Source: Macrostomum lignano
Taxonomy: Eukaryota
Length of the DNA stretch: 64,000 nucleotides
Reading direction: 5' to 3'
Assembly: GCA_002269645.1 (NCBI GenBank)
Contig: NIVC01001021.1
Location: 248,001 to 312,000 of the forward strand
Part shown: piece by piece, positions 36,999 to 61,055 of the stretch
Layout of the letters: each line of letters begins with the position of its first letter
Position numbering within the stretch: the stretch's first letter is position 1
Translations under genes and position numbers: made by a program
Notes under the pieces: generated by a model
The model's input: only the letters and a program-made list of their open reading frames with translations
What the model was told of the DNA's origin: nothing
Database searches by the model: none

Positions 36999-38221
36999 GT
37001 CACTTTGACGCTCGTTAAAAACTTTAAGAATATTCCAGATTAACTTGAAAGTGCATGCATGAAAACTATTTCAATTTCTTTGCGCCGTAGTTAAACTCAA
37101 TAAATGCTTAAATTATTAATAGCTCTATCGTGTTTCTGTAGCCAAAATATCTACTTTTACTACTTTAAGTAGCAACGCGAGCCATGATGCTATATCTTTC
37201 AAATTATAGTACTTTTTATGGTTTTTTGCTACTTTTAATGAGTTTTGATGAGACTATTTGAATCAGATTGTACCTAATATGGCTTTTGGCTTTTTACTAT
37301 GTACATAATATTTTATTCAAGCGAATTTTAAACCATTTATAACTATAACTCCACTGATCTTGTACAAAGTAGTTCATGCTAAAACTATTAGAGCAAAACT
37401 TTATTCACGGAAACCTGAAGGGAGCATTATGTTGGAGCAAGCTTACTTAAGGTATTTCATGTCTAAAAATTCATCTATATAAAGTGTTTTAATTATTATA
37501 AGTAGTACATCTATGATAAGCTTCTCTTTTTAAAAGTTGAACTGTGATTTTACTGACCATCTTACTGTCTTCTTGATCGGAGAAGATTCTGCACCTAGCG
37601 TACATTTTTTTACTGTATGCACTCAGTAGCATCAGGAACTTTTCACCCCGAAACCAGTGATCAACTTTTCCCAGATCTCAGCCTGTGAAGGCTGATCGTG
37701 AAGAGTTATGTCTAAGGTTTTGAGGTGGAAGCTTTAACCTGTTGCTGAGTGTGTTCGACGCTTTACTTTTAAAAGCAAATAAAACTCGTGGCTGTTTTGC
37801 TAACAAAGTACAGGTTAATTTCACTTGTTTTTTATAATCAAAAGCTGTGTAGATTATTAGCTCGAACATTGTCTATTTACATGTAGTTTGGAACTATATG
37901 GCAGATTCTCTGTAGCTCCAGAAGCAACAACGACAAAATACGCTCTGTCAGGGTCTTTAGAAGGCAGCGTCACAGGCCCAGGTCTTTTGAATCTGAATAG
38001 TTCTTTAAAAACAAACTTCAAATCTCTGAATAGGCCAATCAAAAAGAGAAATTTTTGTGTTTAGTCGACTTTCTTTTAGGGCATATGTAAAAGATAATAG
38101 TATATTAATACCTATAATCAGAGGGCGCCGTGCACAAAGACGATGCAGCTGCCACTCATCTCGCTTCCATCTGGCGGTGCCCGAGGATTTCTCATTAACG
38201 CCCGCAAAGCATGGGTATTAC

Positions 38222-38988
38222 TATACCTTTTGACAATTTTTTTGGACATAAGTGAGGTTAGTTTAGTCATTAGCCAACTCAGTCCTAGAAAAGTGAGTTT
38301 GATTTAGTCAGCAGTCGGGGTTTTACCATAGACTATAGTTAAGAAATGAAATCGATTTAGTCAAGTGCCACGTATTTAAACCCTTCCATGACTTGATTTT
38401 AGTCAAAGTGAATTTTATTTAGTCATCATGGCGGCAGAGTTCATGGCTTACAGAATTTGGTTGCAGAGTTCATGGCTGAACTGTCTGCCATTGGTTGATG
38501 AGCCGTTCCGCCTTCTGTTTGACAATGCTCTGACAAGGCAAGAGGTCAAGCCTTTATCAACTTATTCTCCGTTTCTTGAGCGTGAACTGGAGGCCAGTAT
38601 GGCAGCTGCCTCACTGCGAAGCCTGGCATCGTGAGAGCCTTCGGTACATACCCCGCCGCATTGCCATGGAAGACATCGAAGACATCGTTGATTAAATTGA
38701 AAATTGAAGCGTCGTAACAATAATTTGTTGTGTCTGTGTTCGTATGCGTTGTTCTTGTTTAACTACTCGTGCCTTCTGAAAGCTACAACGACTAAATAAA
38801 ATTCACTTTGACTTAATAAAAGTTACGAAAGACGGATTTAGAGAACCTTGACTAAATCGATTTCATTTCTTAACTATAGTCTATGGTAAACCCCGACTAC
38901 TGACTAAATCAAACTCACTTTTCTAGGACTGAGCTGGCTAATGACTAAATTGACTTCACTTATGTCCGAAAAATTGTTAAAAGGTATA
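38222..38988. mobile_element. MITE / non-autonomous DNA transposon with ~200-bp bipartite terminal inverted repeats, TA at both ends
   Basis: 38222-38365 is the reverse complement of 38847-38988 with few mismatches; 38401-38424 is a perfect 24-bp reverse complement of 38790-38813. Repeated tttagtca subterminal motifs; termini TATACC...GGTATA. Confidence 0.85.
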
Positions 38989-39055
38989 TTATTGTGCCAT
39001 AGCTACACATTTGTGTCCTTGACAAAGTGGGACAGAATAATCGGGCGTTAAATAT

Positions 39056-39293
39056 CATTGTACCATGACCTTTGTGCCCGCTGGGCACTTATTCTTGCCT
39101 TTTAAAGCCATAGACTACATTTAAGCCCGCTTGCAGGAGTCACACTTACTTTAATGCAAATTAGCGGGCAGTTAAATGTCATTAACTGCCCGCTAATTTC
39201 GATATTTCTTTACTGCAAGCGGGCTTAAATGTAGTCTATGGCATTAAAAGGCAAGATTAAGTGCCCAGCGGGCACAAAGGTCATGGTACAATG
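39056..39293. mobile_element. 238-bp foldback palindromic element
   Basis: 81-bp outer arms with 2 mismatches (cattgtaccatgacc.../...ggtcatggtacaatg) plus a perfect 18-bp inner stem (aaattagcgggcagttaa / ttaactgcccgctaattt) around a 6-nt loop. Confidence 0.85.
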
Positions 39294-39305
39294 GATAAAT
39301 GGTAT

Positions 39306-39841
39306 ATATTCCCCATTTATTTTGTTGTCTAGCGGGCAACAGCAAGAGGTGTCTCGTTTATTGACCGAGGCGAAGCCGAGGTCAATGATCGAGACACCGA
39401 GTGCTTTTGGCCCTAGACAGCTAAATGAGTGGGGAATATGATATGTATCCCCCGTTCGTTGTCTATGGTTGTTGTCTCGAATTTATCAGCCCGCGGGCAG
39501 CGGGAAATAAATGATTTATTCACCTAGGGAAATAAATGAAAACATGCGTCACATAGACACTCGCCCGAGGCAAAAGGGGGATACATAATCAGCGGTCCCA
39601 GTGCGTGACAACGATTGACTGGCGAGCACCGGTAGGCGCGAGCCATAGACAAATCGTTGTCACGTGCTGCAACCGCTGATTGTTTGCATTGTTTTTCTGT
39701 TTGACGATCCTACAGACAATGCATTGTTTGTAGTAATGGATTGTTCTGCATTAAAAATGTGAATAATGATCGTCAAATTGCTAAACAATGATCGCTGTCA
39801 CGAGTGGCGAAGCGAATCCACGAGTGGCAGTCGATCATTAT
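39306..39841. mobile_element. Run of five abutting small imperfect palindromic elements
   Basis: 39306-39439 (atattcccc/ggggaatat, central gaggcgaagccgag); 39442-39587 (tatgtatccccc/gggggatacata); 39587-39681 (aatcagcggt..gtgacaacgatt/aatcgttgtcac..accgctgatt); ~39688-39789 (tttgacgatc/gatcgtcaaa); ~39787-39839 (aatgatcgctgtcac/gtggcagtcgatcatt). Confidence 0.7.
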
Positions 39842-40565
39842 GTCAAGGCTATGGTCCGCTTTCATCTTGGAAAGTCAACTAGAAAGGATTTAAAGCGAAA
39901 CATGAGAGAATCTGCGATTTTTAGTTTTGTGAACGGGTGAACTTGCGGGTTTCGCAAAGTATACATCCCCGAAAAGCAAAGAGAGTAGGCCGCTGTGGCG
40001 TCTATGGCTTTTTTATGACCCTGAAGGTTTGAAAGCTGGGTTTCTATTCTGGTTACCAGAATATTGTTCCCATCCTGATCATTAACAGTGTGCTCAAACT
40101 CAAATTAAACGTTAAATTAAAGTGCAAAATGCAATGCACGAAGCATACTGCTGGCATAGAAAAATTTGCACAGCCTATATGCACTCAGTGAACATGGTCT
40201 GTGCACAGCGCAATCCCTTTCAAAGTCAACAAGCTGGTAGCTATACTGGAGTAGGGCGAAACAAGAAACGATTCTGCATACCGCAAGTTGCAGAAAATCA
40301 ATCCTAGGAGAAAAAAGAGGGAAAAAACACTATATAGAAAATATGGTATGCGTGAGCAGACGCCAATTCGAAGGATTTGAGGCCTCACTATGAGCTCAAG
40401 CAAGCAGTCGTGCTTCGCCCTGCTGCTGCCAGGCTCACAGAGTTTCAGCCAATCAGGCTCAAGCCAGTTGTAGAAGAAGAGTATTTAGCCTTGCTAACTG
40501 GTTGCGGACTCTGCTCCAGGATTTCTGCTTTCAGTCTACAAAGCAGCAAAGCAGACGCAGCCAAA

Positions 40566-52228
<11,663 letters not shown>

Positions 52229-54115
52229 CTAAAAAGTACAAACGGGATGCACTTTGATTTTCTCCATGGATAAATGTGTTTTATGAAAGTAAAACTAAGT
52301 TAAATCCCAAGTTTTTTATTACAAAAAAGAGCTTATTGTACAGGATAGTCTTAGTCTTAAAAACCATACCTCATTTGGATCATACTGGCTTAGTTTGCTG
52401 CATACCTTTTATAGCTATTCTCGCTCAACATGTGTTTTGTCAGCTGTATTGAACTTATTGTCATCTTCCGTGAATGTACACGGTAATATAATAGTTCTTG
52501 ATGAGTTACTTAATACACTTTAGTTGATCAATCCTGGCATGTTGCTCAGATTCAAGGGCTTGCTGTATTGCTTCAATGTTAAAATGGTTTCGGTAAAACA
52601 GAAGTTAGTCTAAACCTCTTTAAACTAGCCTTAGGACCGCTTGTTTAAAGGCTAGTTTATTCACATTTTCAAGTCTATTTACTTCTTCTGTAAACAGCAT
52701 GCCTGCAAATGTACTGTAGAACCATTTCGTAATATAGTGTTAATTTCATTCGATTTCCTCATTGTTAGAAACTTACATCTACTTATATTAAATATGTACT
52801 GAGTTAAATATGAATAAGTGCTTGCTTTTGTTAAAGTTTGTTATAAAATGCACTTAACTATTCTGAACAAAGGAATAGTTTGTTACATCGATCACTGCTC
52901 ATTTTACGTGATCGGAATATCTGACTTGCCGCAGTTGGGCAATATCTAATTCGAGTTTTTCTCAATTTGAATCCACTTTGATGCAATCGCATATCCTGCA
53001 GTGCTAGCAGATGCAATTGATGGGATGTACGTTCAAACATGAAAAAAACTCGTTGTCAGCTGGAACGGCGCTGGGCGTACGCTACCCGGCCGTCCTCCCG
53101 ACGGCACAGCTGATGGCGAGATCGAAATCGCCGGAGTTAACTGCCGCCCTACTTACATATGTACGCGTGTACTTATTATTCATTGCTTCCAAAAACATAG
53201 AACCAAAATTTAAGTACGAAATGTTGTTAAGCCATTCTTATTTATAATATGAGGTTAGGTTACGTGAGAAAATGCTAATTTAGAGCAAATGCATATTTAA
53301 ATACGTGTACCTCACGAGGCTAGAACACTACATTTACATGCAGTACACTCCGCTACATGGCTTCCAAGCACAACATGTAATCTAACTCTTACATTTTTGG
53401 CACAGGAATTCAAGGATATAGCGTAATTAAATTGAGTTTCTACATCCAAACATTTAGCTTGGCTGCAGGCAATGAGAACCAGCTGCAAGAGAATGAACTT
53501 ACGGCCCTCCGTAATCTGCTTGGACTTGATTTCTTCGAACTACAGGAACCAAATGAGGCGTTGCAGCCAATTATACGGGTTCTGCCAAGGCACGAAACTG
53601 ATCTTCGAGTTTTTATTCGCCATTCGAATAAATAAATTACGAACATGTAGCCTTAAGAAGCAAGAGAGTGAGTTTATAATTGAAGAAAAAACCAAAAAAA
53701 CAACTGGATCGAAAGTTCGAATTTATATTTAGCAGTATCCAAGGTAAGAATTAAAAAAAGTTTTCTTCGAATTTACCGCAGTTGCAGCTATTAAAAACAA
53801 AAAGACGAATAAAGTCTGTCAGGTGCTTTTCGTGAACAGCTGGGCGCTATTAGCAATGGCTTTTACTGCATTTTTTGCCACCCTGTGTACACGTGAAGCT
53901 CTGGCGGCTTCGTCTGCACACAGCAGTAATGAATGTATCTTAGTGAGTAATTAGTAGCTCGTAATATCGTTGCAAAAGTCGATGCGTGGACTGTCTCCTA
54001 CGCGACGCCGGGGCGTCCGCACTGCCAACGGGGCAGCTACTTCGTCCGCTCTCAGGCTCTGCGGCGCGCCATCTGACGCACCCTGCTGTGTGACTTTGCT
54101 TGCGGGGCTGCGTAG

Positions 54116-54150
54116 TTTGTTGTTGCTGTTGTTGTTGTTGTTGTTGTTGC

Positions 54151-54181
<31 letters not shown>

Positions 54182-54330
54182 GCTGTTGTTGTTGTTGTTG
54201 TTGTTGTTGCTGTTGTTGTTGTTGCTGTTGTTGCTGTTGTTGTTGCTGTTGTTGTTGCTGTTGTTGCTGTTGTTGTTGCTGTTGTTGCTGTTGTTGTTGC
54301 TGTTGTTGTTGCTGTTGTTGTTGCTGTTGT

Positions 54331-54362
<32 letters not shown>

Positions 54363-54429
54363 TTGCTGTTGTTGCTGTTGTTGTTGCTGTTGTTGTTGCT
54401 GTTGTTGTTGTTGTTGTTGCTGTTGTTGC

Positions 54430-54463
<34 letters not shown>

Positions 54464-54633
54464 GTTGTTGCTGTTGTTGCTGTTGTTGTTGCTGTTGTTG
54501 TTGCTGTTGTTGCTGTTGTTGTTGCTGTTGTTGTTGTTGTTGTTGCTGTTGTTGTTGTTGTTGTTGTTGTTGCTGTTGTTGTTGTTGTTGCTGTTGTTGC
54601 TGTTGTTGTTGCTGCTGTTGTTGTTGTTGTTGC

Positions 54634-54667
<34 letters not shown>

Positions 54668-54669
54668 GC

Positions 54670-54709
<40 letters not shown>

Positions 54710-54774
54710 GCTGTTGTTGCTGTTGTTGTTGTTGCTGTTGTTGTTGATGTTGTTGTTGCTGTTGCTGTTTCTGC

Positions 54775-54810
<36 letters not shown>
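54116..54810. repeat. (GTT/GCT)n trinucleotide microsatellite, ~230 units
   Basis: Direct reading; source of the poly-L/C/T ORFs. Confidence 0.98.
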
Positions 54811-54812
<2 letters not shown>

Positions 54813-54925
54813 TTGTAAAAGCCATAAAATACTGCTTCACTGATAGTTGATATCGTCTTTTAAACAGGTTTAGACAAATGAATTAAACAAATAAATAATT
54901 TCACCGTGACAGTGTATAATTTTAA

Positions 54926-55215
54926 GGGGTTGTAGCATTAAGTGGTCAAAGCGTCGGAATCACGTCAGGGGTTCGATTCCCGATCCCACTGGAACAATCT
55001 GTGTCCTTTGAGCAAGAAACTTAACTATGCATTGCTTCAGTTCACCCAGATATAAAATGGGTGCCAGCATTAGCTGGGGTAATTGAGGCTGTGTGTGGCG
55101 ACCCCCCCCCCCAGTCCTCGGACTGAACAGCCTTCAGAGCCTTCAGATGCGGCTGAGCTGTCGGCTGCACATCTGGCCCACCTGGGGCAGGCGTAATCCA
55201 TTATTATTATTACTA
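54926..55215 (+). mobile_element. CORE-type SINE family A copy 4
   Basis: ggggttgtagcattaagtggtcaaagcgtcgga..ggttcgattccc..tgtgtcctttgagcaag..gcttcagttcacccagatataaaatgggtgccagc..ggctgagctgtcggctgcacatctg..(att)n. Confidence 0.88.
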
Positions 55216-55299
55216 TTTGTATTATTAATAATAATAATTATTATAATTATTAATTTTTACTAAAACAAAATGAGGCGTCCAATATAAATTAGGGTCTAT

Positions 55300-55455
55300 G
55301 AAATTTGCTAGCAGGAAATCTGCTAGCCGAAGTTTGCTTGCCGAAATCTGCTAGCCGAAATCTGCTAGCCGAAATCTGCTAGACGAAATCTGCTAACCGA
55401 AGTTTGCTAGCAGGAATTTTGCTAGCGAGGATTTTGCTAGCTGAACTTGCTAGCT
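55300..55455. repeat. 14-bp gctagc-containing minisatellite (gaaatctgctagcc), ~10 degenerate copies
   Basis: Direct reading. Confidence 0.8.
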
Positions 55456-58400
55456 GCCTTGCTCTCGTAGCTTAAATTTAACTACCTGAACTACAGCTGC
55501 CTGAGCTACCTGAACTACGGCCTTACAGCTGATAATGCTAAAACATTATCAAATGTCTACGAGTAAAATAGGACAAAAAATTATAAATTATTTTGACGAT
55601 TTCCAAGTGCAGTTTTAGCATATACAGTACTTTAGCATACAGTAACACACATGTTGGTGTACAGTATCTATAGCTAAATACATGTGTGTCCAAGGTACAA
55701 TTTACTATAGCTATATGTATTGTTAATGTATATATATTTTCCATCGCTTACGGCACTGTGTACAAGCAAAAACTCTATGCAGGTGTGGCCCACAAGCTCT
55801 TACCCTGTGATTATGGATGTAATATATTTACTTTATTCAATAGCTTGTATATGAACTTTTCAATCCACCTACGTTAAAAACTTAAATCTTATTTTCTCTT
55901 TGTCTATGACGTCATCTACTGATTGCGTTTTAACACGTACATGTACGAGAACCCACACGGCGAAGGCTAGGCTGCAGATTAAGTCGTCCAGATTAATTCG
56001 TCCCCACAACAGATTGCCTTCTTAATTTACTCTGACTACCGAGAGCGGGCAAACAAAACAACAGAGCCAACAAACTTGAAGAAAAGTTTTGATTCTTTAG
56101 ACCCGTAATTAATTCTCTATGCTTGCGCTCCGACCTAACTAGTCTTTGTAAAGGTTGAAAATCACACTTTGAAAATCACACTGTGATTTTCGAGGAGATG
56201 GAATAATTGATTAACGCCCCTAATTGCTATGAATACCAATACATTATTTTGGAACCTAAAATTCTGTTCCACATCTACATACATGTACATGTAGCTGGAC
56301 ATGATTATATGGCTATGCCATTTTCTAATTCCATCTTTTAAATTCAGAGGCAGTACATATTGCAGTAATACACTGTCTGATCAAAGGTATAACAGGCTGA
56401 TTTAGTTAAATTCCAACTTTTTTTGATACTTTGATTTCCGACGCTTTCGCGACGTTTTCGCGACGTCAAAGTTTCACCAATAAAGGCTGCGACTTTCGCG
56501 ACCTACCGCGACCAATTCGCGACGTTGCCGCGACGAAGTGTGTTGCTAGAAGAGTATAGTGTATATACACATCGCTGCCACCACCGTAATTATATAACGT
56601 ATACGGGACCCGTTAGTTCTCAGAGCTACATGTATTTCGAGTAAAGAGTTAATTTGAAGTTCTACGCCCGCGCCCCGTGGGAAAAGTACATGTATTTCAA
56701 GATAGTGCTAATATATGGCTTATTGATCAACGGAGGGAGTTTGATTGGTCTATTGGTTAAATACAATGGTAGATGTTAAGGCTACACGTAAATGAAGTTC
56801 AAAGTTAGAGCTAAAAACGAACGAAAGAAACGTCAGAGCCACGGTGGGGGTTATCTAGGTTAAATAATTTTAAACAGCAGTACGTTAACAAGAGGGAGTA
56901 GGGCCGTACATGGAAGCAAGTAATTAAGAGAGCGGGATATAAATAACACACGTACACACAAATGGGTTCCAAGGCGTGGAACATGCAGTTCCTTCGATAG
57001 GCGAACAGGTGCCTATAAAAAATGGAGAAAATAAAAATGACAGTAACATATATGCAGAAACCGCGAAGCTCGAAGAGGGGGTTCACTTGCAGGGATCCGA
57101 AATATTAAGTCATCTGGGCCGGGGTCCTTTTGGTGTCCATTCGGTCCTTGAAAGGGATAAAAATACGACATGGGCGAAAATTGAGAAATAGCAAAAGTGT
57201 TGGCCTCAAGTCTACGACAATTTAAAAGAAAGAATTATGTACTGTCGGATGCGCAATTAAATCAACGCAATATTTTCCCTAGCTATTATGTATGTAATCA
57301 ATAAAATTTTTAAAATAATATAGAATTACTTAAGGACATGCTGTTTTACTTTAAAAGTCTAATACAATCGCGTTTTTGTTAAATTGCTGCAGCTTATTTA
57401 AATTTAAGACTGAACGTTCGTTTCCATGAAAACTCATACTATGTCAATAACTCACTGTCTACGAACAAAATGAGGTTATACGAGTCCTGAAAGCTTATCT
57501 CGTAATTATTATATTGATTATTTACCATGTTAGGGCCTAGTAACATAAATACCTATCGATCCTAATGCACTATATATCATAACATATCTAATCATTATTT
57601 CTTGAATCCTTAGCAGTTTGCTTGTATTTTTTCAGTATTTTTTGTATTTGTATTTTTCTCTTAAAATAATATAGGGACACTAGTGAGCAATAGCATAATC
57701 AACATCAGCATAGGCTGTAAGTATAGCTATACGCCTATAGCATGAAGCAATCTAATGTTTTCAAGTTTCTTTTTGGGTGATTTTTAGTGGTGCATGACCA
57801 AAAAAGCCACATCTCTTGAACTTTAGCCTTAGGTAAATAAAATAGTTGCAGTTTTTAAAGTGATCATAATTTTGTCTCTGTAGGAGTTTTTTATGATGCT
57901 AGTTTCAAATTTTAGCTTCGTTTTTTGTGGCTTAAAGCAAACCACTGGGGCAAGGGAATAAGGGTTTTAGTATGAGGAGAATCTTCATAGGGATTGATAT
58001 TATGTAAGCCTACCTAAACTTCAATAGAGGCATGGGAGTTGATTGAAGATTAGGCCTAGGTAGATAAATTCCAAGACTGAGGGTAGGTGGCTCTCAGGAG
58101 GGGGTCTCAGGGCAAGGGAGCAGGTCTTGGGGGAGGGGGGGGGGCCAACAAGCACTTGGGGTCTAACAACTAGGGCATAGAGAATATGGCTATAGGGGGT
58201 TTAGGCCACTGTCAGGAAGGTGTCCAGTGAATGCCAGAATTTTATAGCAAAATTTTAGGTGTAGGCCTATTCCAAGTATATAAAAATTGGAAACGTGACT
58301 TTGTCATGAATGCCAAAATGTCAAAATTATGTGACCTTTAAGATTCAAACATGCCAAATATGCATGGCAATAAGCTATCCAAGGCTAGGCCTAGGCCTAA

Positions 58401-59518
58401 TGCATGCAAAAAAATTCTGGCATATAGGGCACTTTCCTAACTATGGAGTTTAGAATAGGGAGAATCTTCATAGATTGATTTTACATATATAAACTTCAAT
58501 AGGAGCATGGAGGTCTTATTGAAGATTAGGTAGATAATTTAGATAAAGTTGCTCACTTGGCAATTATTAAGAAAGATAAAGAAAAAATGAAAATCAACAT
58601 TAATTTACTTGATGCATTTTGCACAAGTGATATTTCTATTGTGCAAAATCTATTATGCTATTAGTATATATCTTCAGGTTTATTTTAAGCAAAAAATGAA
58701 TAGAGATCAGAATAAAAATGAATAAATATGAAATTTTTACTATTTAGGTTAGTGTTCCGCCATAAGGAGGGTCCATGTACCGTAGCCATAGCCATAAGCA
58801 AAACTATGGCTTATTCCAATTTTCCATATTCTGTAGTCATAGGGACCCTAATATTACCATATTCCCATAGTTCCCATAGCCGTAGTTTTAACAAAAAGTC
58901 TAGAAAACAAAATATTTTGAATCAAGAAGATAACCTAGTACTTAAACAACTGCAAATAAAGTTAGAAAATAAAAGAAACACTTGATTGCCTTTGTAAGAT
59001 TATATTTTGTCTTTTTTCCAAGCAATAATACTTAATTGTTATTGAAAGTAAAATTGCAAAATAAATAGATAGAATAGAATTTAACTTTTTGTAAGTCTAA
59101 CAAAGAATGCCTAGGCCTAAGCCCTAGTTTATAACCAAATTGGCTTAGGGGCAAAATAATCTATGGACAAAATAGTCTGAAGGCAAAAAAACTATGGCCA
59201 AAAGGGTTTAAAGACAAAACCTCTATTGTAGCTAATGGTAATTATTGGCATTGCAAACAGTGTCTAATGTAGGTTGGCCTTGGCAGTGGTATAGTGTGTA
59301 ATATATAGCAATGTCATGGCACATGTCAATGGTGTAGGGCAAAGGGCAGTGGCACACATAGAGATGGAGGTGAAGAGGAAGGTCTCAGTACATACATGCG
59401 CAACCTCCAAAATTCGGTTGGCCATGCGACTTAGTTTTAACAAAAATGTGACGTAGTTTTTGGCCAAAAATGCAACTTGCATGTAAAAAAACCGTTAAGC
59501 AAAATTAACGCAACTTTA

Positions 59519-59581
59519 GGTAAACGGCAGGAGTAACTATGACTCTCTTATTAAGCCAAAATGCCTCGTCAGCTACTTAGT
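59519..59581 (+). pseudogene. Isolated 28S (LSU) rRNA fragment, helix 69-71 region, copy 1
   Basis: ggtaaacggcaggagtaactatgactctcttattaagccaaaatgcctcgtcagctacttagt versus the conserved eukaryotic GGTAAACGGCGGGAGTAACTATGACTCTCTTAAGGTAGCCAAATGCCTCGTCATCTAATTAGT. The flanks are not recognisably rDNA. Confidence 0.85.
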
Positions 59582-60989
59582 ACTACTACTTAGGTGTTTT
59601 TTTGAGTGGGCATTTTTGTGACTTCCTTGGTTGGTCGCCAAATTGGTCGGCCGGATCGGCCGACTCGGCCGACTGTTGCGCATGTATGTCTCAGTATAGC
59701 AAATGACCTATTTTGGAATAAGTTAACAAATCATAAATAGCTGTCCACCACACATTCAATATTTTCCAGTATTGCATTGTGATCACAAATTTAAGAAAGG
59801 CAGGTAGTGTTGTATCATATGGTGGGGTTGAAGAGCAGAGCAGTATTGCATGTTGCAGTGAATGTACAAACTTGCAAAAAAAATGTAGTTGTTGTTTGAG
59901 ACTTAAAGTTTAAAGTTTTTGAACATTTACTTAAATTTCTAAGTTTACATACTATTCATTATATTATATTTTCTGCATGTAATGTAAATTTTTAAATTGC
60001 AGTTCTGCAAGCTTACAAAGAAAGAGAAAAGCAACCCACTCAAAAAGATCCTTTATTGTTTTAACTATGGAAAATCCATAGAAAATCCTACATGTGTCAC
60101 TGTTGCATTGCTGCAAGAAAGGGGGCACCTGGTGCAGTTCAGACCTTGGCTACAATAGGAGACAAAATGAGCAATTGCCCTATCTACCAAAGCAAACATC
60201 TCAAAAGATAGAGAATATATTGTTGATAATTGGTTTCAAATCTATTAATAGCATAAAAATAGCTAGTATATTAGAAATTAATGTATGTAAGCAAAGATAG
60301 TACTAATAATGATGTAATAAATAGAAAGATTTGATGTTTTAGCCATATTTGTATGCAATGATTTTGTCTGCTACCTTTTTGCTAGCAAACAAAACAACAT
60401 TTTCTAGCCAATAAATGGGATGCAAGTCTAAGTTCTATAGTCCTAAGCCTGCAAAACAGACTTGTATAAATTAATATAAGGAATACCAAGCCATTTTTCT
60501 GACTATTGAACTACCAAGAGTGGGTCTTCTCCCTCTCTCTACCTGACATTTTTTGCAACTGAAATGGAGCAATGTAATAAATGCAAGCATATAAAATTCA
60601 GAAACACAAGCTAACTTTTGGTTCTATATTTTCTTCAACAATAATCAATATCAAGTCATCAGCCTTGCAGACTATCAAGATATTCAACAATTCTGTTAGA
60701 ATGTTAGTTTTTTTCTTTGATTGCTAATGTATTCAGTGTACCCCTATGCATCAATCAGTATTGCATCTCAGTGCAGCCTTGCCAAGCCTCTAAATTTATT
60801 CAGCTTGTCAACCACATGCATCTATATCAGTTCTAACTTCTTCATTAGCATCATCAGCTAGTCTCTCAAGCATTCTATTAGTGATGGACCAAATGTAGAT
60901 TCTTGCAAGTTTCCAAAACCAAATCCAAATGTACAAAAAATTCCAAATCCAAATATCCAAATGTGTTTCCAAATGTAAAAAAAGTAAAA

Positions 60990-61055
60990 GGTAAACGGCT
61001 TGAGTAACTATGACACCTTTTAGTGACAAAAATGTTTCATCATCTAATTAGTAAC
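60990..61055 (+). pseudogene. Isolated 28S (LSU) rRNA fragment, helix 69-71 region, copy 2 (more diverged)
   Basis: ggtaaacggcttgagtaactatgacaccttttagtgacaaaaatgtttcatcatctaattagtaac retains GGTAAACGGC, GAGTAACTATGAC and TCATCTAATTAGT. Confidence 0.7.

Noticed and set aside
53970-54840. Poly-Leu / poly-Cys / poly-Thr (or poly-Gln) proteins
   Set aside because: (GTT/GCT)n microsatellite open in most frames, with no supporting gene structure.
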